50,240 nt of DNA from Anaerolineaceae bacterium (GTDB lineage Bacteria > Chloroflexota > Anaerolineae > Anaerolineales > Anaerolineaceae), in NCBI GenBank assembly GCA_011620505.1, contig WOZA01000112.1, positions 1 to 50,240 of the forward strand, in the 5' to 3' direction. The number at the start of each line of letters is the position of its first letter. Position 1 is the first letter of the stretch. The translations under genes and the position numbers were made by a program. The notes beneath the pieces were generated by a model, which was given only the letters and a program-made list of their open reading frames with translations, was not told where the DNA came from and made no database searches. Positions 36,005 through 43,146 of this stretch are shown here, piece after piece.

Positions 36005-36013
36005 TGTTACAAT
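36005..36013 (+). promoter_or_regulatory. Extended -10 element TGTTACAAT for the decarboxylase operon
   Basis: TGnTACAAT ends 58 nt upstream of ATG 36072. The -35 region is weak. Confidence 0.4.
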
Positions 36014-36071
36014 ATTCCCATCTGATCCACCTCCCATAAGGGAGTTATATTTGAATCATTAAGGAGAGTTA

Positions 36072-37616
36072 ATGACAGAGGCAGATTCCCGTATTCAAAA
36101 GCTGAAAAGCATGCAGGAAGCTTCAAAACTGGGTGGCGGGCAGGCACGCATTGACCGCCAACACGCCAAGGGCAGTCTCACCGCCCGCGAACGCATTGAC
36201 TTGCTGCTCGATCCCGGCACCTTCCGGGAAATCGGCAGCTTGGCCAGCCAGCAGACCCCCCCCGAAGGCGACGAAACGCTCGGCGACGGCGTTGTGACCG
36301 GCTACGGCAGCATTGACGGCCGCACAGTTTACGTCTACGCGCAGGATTTTACTGTCCAGGGCGGCGCGCTTGGCGAGATGCACGCGCAGAAAATCTGCCG
36401 CGTGATGGACCTCGCAGTCAAAACAGGCTCTCCGATCATTGGCATGATCGATTCGGGCGGCGCGCGCATCCAGGAAGGCGTCAAAAGCCTTGGCGGCTAC
36501 GCGGAGATCTTCCGGCGCAATGCCATTTACTCAGGCGTTGTGCCCCAGATCAGCCTGATCATGGGTCCCTGCGCCGGCGGCGCTTCGTATTCTCCCGCTG
36601 TCACCGACCTGATCATCATGGTCAAGGGCAAGTCCTACATGTTCCTCACAGGACCCGCGGTCATCAAAACCGTGACAGGCGAAGAAGTGGATTCAGAAAC
36701 CCTCGGCGGAGCAGACGTCCACCTCACCACCAGCGGTAACTGCCACATGGTGGGTGCCACCGAGCAGGATGCTATCGCCCTGGCACGCCAGGCGCTTTCT
36801 TACCTTCCCTCCAACAACGTGGACATGCCTCCACTTTACCCCACCCAGGATGCCCCTACTCGTCGCACTGAATCTCTGAACGATCTCGTACCCTTGGACC
36901 CCACCGTTCCGTACAGCATGCGCTCCGCGATTGAAGCCATCATGGACCAGGGCTCCTTCCTCGAGCTGCAGGCTGGCTACGCGCCCAACGCCATCGTTGG
37001 TCTTGCGCGTCTCGCCGGTCGCCCGGTGGGGGTTGTTTCCCAGGAACCGATGATGATGGCGGGCGTGATGGACATCAACTCTGCCGATAAAATCGCGCGC
37101 ACAGTGCGCCTGTGCGATGCCTTCAACCTGCCGATTGTGACCTTTGTCGACTCCCCGGGATTTCTGCCGGGTGTCGCGCAGGAATATGGCGGGATCATCC
37201 GCCACGGCGCAAAAGTGCTTTACGCTTACGCAGAAGCTACTGTTCCCAAGGTGAGCGTGGTGACACGCAAGGCTTATGGAGGAGCTTATGTGGTAATGAG
37301 CAGCAAGTACCTCGGCACCGACATCACCTATGCCTGGCCTTCGGCCGAAATTGCGGTGATGGGCGCTGAAGGCGCTGCAAATATCCTGTATGGCAAGCAG
37401 ATCAAAGCAGCTGAAGACCCCGAAGCCGAACGCGCACGCCTCACCCGGGAATACCAGGAAACCTACCTGAACCCCTACGTTGCCGCCAAAGCCGGCTATA
37501 TCGATGAGGTTATCGAGCCTGCTGAAACCCGCCAGAAGTTGATTGAAGCCCTTGCAGCTCTGCAAAACAAAGTCGAAACCAATCCGCCGCGCAAGCACGG
37601 CAACATGCCGGTCTAA
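36072..37616 (+). CDS. mmdA: Methylmalonyl-CoA decarboxylase alpha subunit / acyl-CoA carboxyltransferase
   Basis: The carboxyl_trans family pattern is present (ARIDRQHAKGSLTARERIDLLLDPGTF, DSGGARIQEG, VDSPGFLPG). An AAGGAGAG SD is present. The gene is followed by the membrane-pump subunits. Confidence 0.85.
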   Translation: MTEADSRIQKLKSMQEASKLGGGQARIDRQHAKGSLTARERIDLLLDPGTFREIGSLASQQTPPEGDETLGDGVVTGYGSIDGRTVYVYAQDFTVQGGALGEMHAQKICRVMDLAVKTGSPIIGMIDSGGARIQEGVKSLGGYAEIFRRNAIYSGVVPQISLIMGPCAGGASYSPAVTDLIIMVKGKSYMFLTGPAVIKTVTGEEVDSETLGGADVHLTTSGNCHMVGATEQDAIALARQALSYLPSNNVDMPPLYPTQDAPTRRTESLNDLVPLDPTVPYSMRSAIEAIMDQGSFLELQAGYAPNAIVGLARLAGRPVGVVSQEPMMMAGVMDINSADKIARTVRLCDAFNLPIVTFVDSPGFLPGVAQEYGGIIRHGAKVLYAYAEATVPKVSVVTRKAYGGAYVVMSSKYLGTDITYAWPSAEIAVMGAEGAANILYGKQIKAAEDPEAERARLTREYQETYLNPYVAAKAGYIDEVIEPAETRQKLIEALAALQNKVETNPPRKHGNMPV

Positions 37617-37626
37617 AGGGGGACAA

Positions 37627-37989
37627 ATGATTGAGACCCTGAAACAAGGTTTATTGATTACGGTTATCGGCATGGGGATCGTGTTTGCGATGATCCTCAT
37701 TCTTTGGGGTGTCATGGTTCTGCTGGTTAAGCTTACCAACCGACCAGAGAAAGAGGAGGCTGCTCAAGAAAGTGCCACTTCTTTCCCGGAGCCCGAGCCT
37801 GTAGCTGTAACTGTGCCAGGTGACGCTTCAGCGCTTGCAGCTGCCATTGCAGTGGCTTACGCGCTGAGTGCCCAGCCCAAAACTGCTTTTATAGCCGATA
37901 CTCAATCCATCCAAACAGGCAGCACCTGGCTTGCTGCTGGTCGCGCACAGCAGGTCGCACGACAGATACACAGAGGACGAAGCGCATGA
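37627..37989 (+). CDS. mmdD: OadG-family small membrane subunit (delta/gamma-type) of a Na+-translocating decarboxylase
   Basis: ATG 37627 is preceded by GGGGGA. The N-terminal TM helix is LLITVIGMGIVFAMILILWGVMVLL, followed by a Pro/Ala/Glu linker. The ORF-track start 37543 would overlap mmdA. Confidence 0.65.
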   Translation: MIETLKQGLLITVIGMGIVFAMILILWGVMVLLVKLTNRPEKEEAAQESATSFPEPEPVAVTVPGDASALAAAIAVAYALSAQPKTAFIADTQSIQTGSTWLAAGRAQQVARQIHRGRSA

Positions 37990-38408
37990 TCATCAAAGTT
38001 GAAATTGAAGGAAAAGTTTATAACGTCTCCATTAAAAACGTTCACAGCAACCCTGTTTTGGCTGAAGTCGACGGCAAGATTTACCAGGTTTACCCGCAAG
38101 GGCAAAACACCGCAGTCACACCAGCCGCCACAGATCAGCCTCTCGCGGTTTCCACCGCAGCGCTTGCTTCTCCTGCGCCCACTGCTGGCAACAGCCTCAC
38201 TCTGAACGCTCCACTTCCAGGTGTGATCGTGTCAATTGATGTTCAGGCCGGCCAGGCTGTCAAGGCGGGTCAGCAGGTCTGCACGCTGGAAGCAATGAAG
38301 ATGAAAAACGCTATCCGCTCGGACCGGGATGGCGTTATCGCCCAGGTGAACGTCAACCCCGGCGATTTGGTCAAGCATAACCAACCGCTCTTCACCTTCC
38401 AGGCATAG
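37986..38408 (+). CDS. mmdC: Biotin carboxyl carrier subunit
   Basis: The biotinyl domain has the EAMKM biotinylation motif (CTLEAMKMKNAI). An Ala/Pro linker is present. The start overlaps the upstream stop as ATGA. Confidence 0.8.
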   Translation: MIIKVEIEGKVYNVSIKNVHSNPVLAEVDGKIYQVYPQGQNTAVTPAATDQPLAVSTAALASPAPTAGNSLTLNAPLPGVIVSIDVQAGQAVKAGQQVCTLEAMKMKNAIRSDRDGVIAQVNVNPGDLVKHNQPLFTFQA

Positions 38409-38416
38409 GAGCAGGC

Positions 38417-39538
38417 ATGGACTTTACCCAGTTAATTTCTGACCTCACAAAAGGATTTGACAAATTTACCTGGTTGAATGCCCTCATGATTTTTGTCGCC
38501 CTGGTGTTGATCTACCTGGCGATCTGGAAGGAATATGAACCGGTTTTGCTGCTTCCTATTGGCTTTGGCTGCCTGCTTGCGAACCTGGGCATGTCGAACG
38601 AGGTCGGCTTCATGAAAGTCATTTATGATGCCGGCATCAAAACGGAACTGTTCCCGCTGCTGATCTTCATTGGCGTCGGCGCTATGATCGACTTCAGCCC
38701 GCTGCTCAGCCAGCCCAGCCTGGTGCTGCTGGGAGCAGCCGGACAGTTTGGTATCTATTTCACGCTCCTGCTGGCAATTATTTTAGGCTTTCCGCTGCAT
38801 GAAGCAGCCGCGATTGGATCCATTGGAGCAATCGACGGACCGACGGCGATTTTCGTTGGTGAACGCCTGGCGCCCAACATCCTTGCGCCAATCGCTGTGG
38901 CTGCCTATTCGTATATGAGCCTGATCCCGATCATCCAGCCTCCAATCATGAGGCTGATGACCACCCGCAAAGAACGCTTGATCCGCATGGAATACTCTCC
39001 CAAGCCGGTATCACGCCTCACCCTCGTGCTGTTCCCGATCATTGTCACCCTGCTCGTGGCGTTTGTCGCCCCGGACGCAGCCCCACTGATGGCTGCCCTG
39101 ATGCTCGGCAACCTGCTGCGTGAGGCGTTGGTGGTAGACCGCCTGAGCAAGATGGTGCAAAATGAGCTGATCAACATTGCCACCCTCTTCCTGGGGCTGG
39201 CAATTGGCTCCACCATGACCGCTCAGAGCTTCCTGAACCTCGACACGCTCATGATCCTGGCATTGGGTCTGCTGGCATTCGTGGTGGACACGATAGCAGG
39301 CTTATTGTTTGGCAAGCTGATGGCGGTTGTCACGCACGGCAAGGTAAACCCTCTGGTTGGTGCCTGCGGTATTTCCGCCTTCCCGATGGCTGGTCGCCTG
39401 AGCGCAAAGATGGCTTTGGAGGAAGACCCCTCCAACTTCATCCTGATGCACGCCATGGGCGCAAATACTGCTGGTCAGCTTGGCAGCGTTATCGCCGGGG
39501 GCGTGCTGCTCGCGCTGGTTTACGGGTTTATTCTTTAG
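38417..39538 (+). CDS. mmdB: Na+-translocating decarboxylase beta subunit (OadB/MmdB/GcdB family)
   Basis: It is a polytopic membrane protein of ~373 aa with family-typical segments (IGAIDGPTAIF, GISAFPMAGR). An AGGAG SD is present. Confidence 0.85.
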   Translation: MDFTQLISDLTKGFDKFTWLNALMIFVALVLIYLAIWKEYEPVLLLPIGFGCLLANLGMSNEVGFMKVIYDAGIKTELFPLLIFIGVGAMIDFSPLLSQPSLVLLGAAGQFGIYFTLLLAIILGFPLHEAAAIGSIGAIDGPTAIFVGERLAPNILAPIAVAAYSYMSLIPIIQPPIMRLMTTRKERLIRMEYSPKPVSRLTLVLFPIIVTLLVAFVAPDAAPLMAALMLGNLLREALVVDRLSKMVQNELINIATLFLGLAIGSTMTAQSFLNLDTLMILALGLLAFVVDTIAGLLFGKLMAVVTHGKVNPLVGACGISAFPMAGRLSAKMALEEDPSNFILMHAMGANTAGQLGSVIAGGVLLALVYGFIL

Positions 39539-39551
39539 AATATTGCGAATC

Positions 39552-39590
39552 AAAAACACCTCTGTGAAAATCCCAGAGGTGTTCTATTTT
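39552..39590. terminator. Bidirectional intrinsic terminator
   Basis: The sequence is AAAAA-ACACCTCTG-N9-CAGAGGTGT-TCTATTTT. It lies between convergent genes. Confidence 0.7.
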
Positions 39591-39626
39591 ATAAGGTGGA
39601 ATAGTAATTACCAGCCAATAAAAGGA

Positions 39627-40295
39627 CTAAACCTTCAGCAGGTATCCTTTACCCCGGATGGTTTTTATCAGCTCAGGGTGATGCGGATCGTCTTCCAATG
39701 CCTGGCGCAGCCAACTGATGTGAACATCCAGGGTGCGGGTGTCTTCCGTGTAATCAGTGTCCCAGACAGCCTTAAACAAATCCTCCCGGCGCAGGATTTC
39801 GCCCGGTTTCTGCATCATTTTTTCCAGCAGATCACATTGACGCGGCGTGAGCCGAACTTCCTTATTCTTGTAGATGGCGATCCTGCTATCCGGGTTTAGA
39901 ACCAGGTCACCCCTTTCAAGCATCCCTTTGTGACTGTTATTCTCGAGGGTACGAATGCGGTTGACCAGTTTTTGCACTGTAAAAGGCAGCCGCAAGAAGA
40001 AATTAACGTTCTCTGCTTTCACTATCGGTTCATCTTCTGAGACAATGAGGCATAAGGGTGTAGATGGCAAACTATTATGGAACCAACTGACCAGCCGCAG
40101 TCCATTCGTGCGCAATGAGGCCGCATTGATCACAACCACGTCAGGAGAGAAGTGTTTCAAAGCATCAAGTCCCTTACTCCCGCTGCTCTCTACCTGCAGG
40201 GAGTAGCCTTTCTTTTCAAGGTCGGCGGCAAAACAGCGGGCTATATTCCGTTTTCCCTCTATCAATAGCACCTTTAATGGTTCCGCTATATGCAA
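39627..40295 (-). CDS. OmpR/PhoB-family response regulator with a degenerate (non-phosphorylatable) receiver domain
   Basis: The C-terminal winged helix is LTPRQCDLLEKMM...TLDVHISWLRQAL...IKTIRGKGYLL. The receiver reads LLIEGK / DVVVINAAS / LIVSED / FLRLPF. I prefer TTG 40295, preceded by GAGGAA, which gives ~222 aa. The ORF-track start 40469 adds 58 non-homologous residues. Confidence 0.8.
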   Translation of the reverse strand: MHIAEPLKVLLIEGKRNIARCFAADLEKKGYSLQVESSGSKGLDALKHFSPDVVVINAASLRTNGLRLVSWFHNSLPSTPLCLIVSEDEPIVKAENVNFFLRLPFTVQKLVNRIRTLENNSHKGMLERGDLVLNPDSRIAIYKNKEVRLTPRQCDLLEKMMQKPGEILRREDLFKAVWDTDYTEDTRTLDVHISWLRQALEDDPHHPELIKTIRGKGYLLKV

Positions 40296-40449
40296 AGCTT
40301 TCCTCTTTCGAATGTCAATGATAACTGCAGGTAGATCCAAAGGAAAAACTAACAGATAGCCTTCCCTCGGAACTTCATTATAGCCGATTGTTAAGGAATT
40401 TAGTGCAGTTTTTCGCGATTTGGAATAGCAAATCTTATGAACACTTAAG

Positions 40450-40477
40450 TTGATTCGTTGGGCTAACATGTTAGAAT
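40450..40477 (+). promoter_or_regulatory. Promoter TTGATT-16-(TG)TAGAAT for the DUF151/dnaB operon
   Basis: TTGATT lies at 40450-40455 and TGTTAGAAT at 40469-40477. The -10 ends 41 nt upstream of ATG 40519. Confidence 0.55.
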
Positions 40478-40518
40478 CACTATGACAAAACCATCACAAA
40501 CAGGAAAATGGGTGCATT

Positions 40519-41076
40519 ATGGGCAAAATGATCGAATGCATAATCGATAGTATCCGCGTGAGCCTCACTAATCAGGATCGTATCACCGTCCTCAAAGAGA
40601 AGGATTCCGAACGCTACCTTCCCATCTGGATGGGCGTACCTGAGACTGATTCCATAACGATCGCTCTGCAGGGCATAGCAATTGCCCGCCCCCTTACCCA
40701 TGATCTCCTGATTTCCATCATGAACGCGCTTGACATCCACTTGGAAAGCTGTGAGATTACCAATCTCGAGAATGACACTTTCTATGCCAACCTGATACTC
40801 GAGCAAAACGGCATCCGGAAGATCATTGACAGCCGTCCGTCCGACGCGATCGCTCTCGCCATTCGTGCCAAAGCCCCGATTTTCGTCGATGAAGACATCC
40901 TCGACGCTGTCGGCATTCGCCCGGAAGACGTTTTGCCCCAAGCCCAAAACGAAGAGGAATCTTCCGATGTGGACGCCGATCTCGATATTTTTGAGGACTT
41001 TCTCGGACAGCTCGGCAAAGATGAAAGCGATAAAGATCAACCCGGCAATCCTTCAGATGAAGATTCCAATCAATAA
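40519..41076 (+). CDS. Bifunctional nuclease family protein (BFN / DUF151) with an acidic C-terminal tail
   Basis: The conserved motifs are RYLPIWMG..E...I, ARPLTHDLL, and IDSRPSDAIALAIRAKAPIFV. Confidence 0.8.
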   Translation: MGKMIECIIDSIRVSLTNQDRITVLKEKDSERYLPIWMGVPETDSITIALQGIAIARPLTHDLLISIMNALDIHLESCEITNLENDTFYANLILEQNGIRKIIDSRPSDAIALAIRAKAPIFVDEDILDAVGIRPEDVLPQAQNEEESSDVDADLDIFEDFLGQLGKDESDKDQPGNPSDEDSNQ

Positions 41077-41089
41077 GTGAGGCAGCATA

Positions 41090-42451
41090 GTGAGCGATCA
41101 ACCTGAACTAAACACTACACAAACCAGCTCCGATGCGAATCAACTTTTTGACCGCGATATGGAAGAAGCTCTCATCGGTGCCGTGCTTATCACGCCGGAT
41201 GCCTATGTGGATGCCGCGCCACTGGTCAACGCGGATAGTTTTTACATTCTTCGCAATCGTTGGATCTGGGAAGCCTTCACCGAACTCTTTAAATCCGACA
41301 ACTATTTTGACATCCTGACTGTTAAGGAAGCCCTTGAAGCCAGCGGCCACCTTGATGATGTTGGCGGGCTGGATTACCTGATCTCTCTCACCAATCGCGT
41401 CCCCTCCTCGCAGCACGCCGAATCGTACGCCCGCAACATCAGCGCTCTCGCCGTGCGCCGCCGCCTGTTGAGTGCCGCCAACGACATCGCCAAGCTCGCT
41501 TATCGCAAAGACACAGGCGTTGATAACGTCATCTCTGACGCCGAACAAGCAATCTTCGGGGTCAGCCAGGAACGCTACAAGCGCGACCTGGTGCCTATTT
41601 CTGATGCCGCGGATGAGTACCTCGAACGTCTCTTGCTCAACGCCAGCATTCCAGGCGGGGTAACCGGGCTTGAAACCGGGCTGAAAGCCGTCGACAAAGC
41701 CCTCGACGGTCTGCAGCGTTCTGACCTCATCATCGTTGCAGGTCGCCCAGGCATGGGTAAAACCGGCTTTTTGATCGGTGTTGCCAAACATGTTGGTCTG
41801 GCACTGAAGCGCAATGTCGCCTTCTTCACCCTTGAAATGTCCTCGGAGCAGCTCATCCAGCGGATGGTTGCCCAGGAGACCAACATTGACTCCCAAAAAC
41901 TTCGGTCTGCCAAACTGAGCGACACTGAAGCTCAGGAAGTAGTTCACGCGCTGGGCGTGCTCTCCGAATCGCGTATTTTCATCGATGACACCCCCGCCAT
42001 CACCCCGCTTCAGATGCGCACGAAGTGCCGCCGCATGCAGATGGAGATCGGTCTGGACCTTGTGATCGTTGACTACCTCCAGCTGATGTCGGGCGACACA
42101 CGCACTGAGAACCGTGTGCAGGAAGTTTCGTACATTTCACGCTATCTCAAGGTGTTGGCACGCGACCTGAACGTGCCGGTAATGGCTGCGGCGCAGCTTT
42201 CCCGTGCGGTGGAACAACGCCAGGATAAAACGCCCGTGCTCTCCGACCTGCGCGAGTCCGGTTCCTTGGAACAGGACGCTGACATTGTGCTCTTCATCAA
42301 TCGACCTGAGCAGATGAAGGAAGAAAGCCCACTCCACAACCTTGCGAAACTGATCGTTGCCAAACATCGCAATGGTCCAACAAACAGCGGTATTGATCTG
42401 GTTTTTATCGAGAAACTCGCGATGTTCCGCGACAAAGCCTACGAGAGTTGA
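41090..42451 (+). CDS. dnaB: Replicative DNA helicase
   Basis: The DnaB N-terminal domain (EEALIGAVL) is present. Walker A is GRPGMGKTGF, Walker B is LVIVDYLQLM, and QLSRAVEQR and HRNGPT follow. The GTG start is preceded by GAGG with a 7-nt spacing. Confidence 0.95.
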   Translation: MSDQPELNTTQTSSDANQLFDRDMEEALIGAVLITPDAYVDAAPLVNADSFYILRNRWIWEAFTELFKSDNYFDILTVKEALEASGHLDDVGGLDYLISLTNRVPSSQHAESYARNISALAVRRRLLSAANDIAKLAYRKDTGVDNVISDAEQAIFGVSQERYKRDLVPISDAADEYLERLLLNASIPGGVTGLETGLKAVDKALDGLQRSDLIIVAGRPGMGKTGFLIGVAKHVGLALKRNVAFFTLEMSSEQLIQRMVAQETNIDSQKLRSAKLSDTEAQEVVHALGVLSESRIFIDDTPAITPLQMRTKCRRMQMEIGLDLVIVDYLQLMSGDTRTENRVQEVSYISRYLKVLARDLNVPVMAAAQLSRAVEQRQDKTPVLSDLRESGSLEQDADIVLFINRPEQMKEESPLHNLAKLIVAKHRNGPTNSGIDLVFIEKLAMFRDKAYES

Positions 42452-43146
42452 TTAGTGCGGTGGAGCAGCTATTGAGCAATAAACTTTCAGGGAATTATCT
42501 GAGCGTCAAACTGCCAGCGAATCTGCTTGCCCTCTGCGATGGTCTTGGAAGTGATGCAATTTTGCTTTTGCTGGGTTATTTTGAACTGCTCAGCCAACAA
42601 GAAGTCCCTTCAGACGCGGTGGAGCTGTACATTCTGCTTGACCACATGCCTGCTGCTGAAGATACTCGCTGGCAGAAAGCCCTGGCTGAATTACTTGAAG
42701 AAGGGCTGCTGCTTGCCTACCCTCAAACCATCGAAGACCCGCACCAAGCCGTCCTGCTCTTCCCAGCGACTCCGGAGGGCGCTCGCCGCTTTGAGGCGCT
42801 GCGGGCAGGCAATTTGTCTTTGGCTGAGATCCAGGCTGCCAACCCGCTGCCAGATCCAGACAAGCCGAATATTTTTACCCTGTACGAGCAAAACATCGGT
42901 CCACTCACACCGATGATTGCCGAGATATTGAAGGCGGACGCGGAAACCTACCCTGAAAGTTGGCTGCGCGAAGCCATGCAGCAAGCGGTTAGCCGCAACA
43001 TTAGGAATTGGAAATATGTTCAGGCAATTCTAAAAGCCTGGCAAGAAAAAGGACGTGACGAGAACCATGGAACCACTCAAAGCGCGCTTGAAAGATTTCG
43101 AGAACTTTATCGCCAACAGAAACAGCAAGGAAGCCGAAAGCCCTGA
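42448..43146 (+). CDS. DnaD-domain replication initiation / helicase-loading protein
   Basis: The C-terminal DnaD domain reads IFTLYEQNIGPLTPMIAEILKADAETYPESWLREAMQQAVSRNIRNWKYVQAILKAWQEKG. TTG 42448 overlaps the dnaB stop as TTGA. GTG 42460 is an alternative start. Confidence 0.75.
   Translation: MISAVEQLLSNKLSGNYLSVKLPANLLALCDGLGSDAILLLLGYFELLSQQEVPSDAVELYILLDHMPAAEDTRWQKALAELLEEGLLLAYPQTIEDPHQAVLLFPATPEGARRFEALRAGNLSLAEIQAANPLPDPDKPNIFTLYEQNIGPLTPMIAEILKADAETYPESWLREAMQQAVSRNIRNWKYVQAILKAWQEKGRDENHGTTQSALERFRELYRQQKQQGSRKP

Noticed and set aside
40296-40469. The ORF track adds a 58-codon N-terminal extension to the response regulator.
   Set aside because: The extension has no homology to receiver domains. 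An internal TTG (40295) has a GAGGAA SD and gives a canonical ~222-aa OmpR-type length. The extension would also cover the divergent TTGATT-16-TAGAAT promoter.
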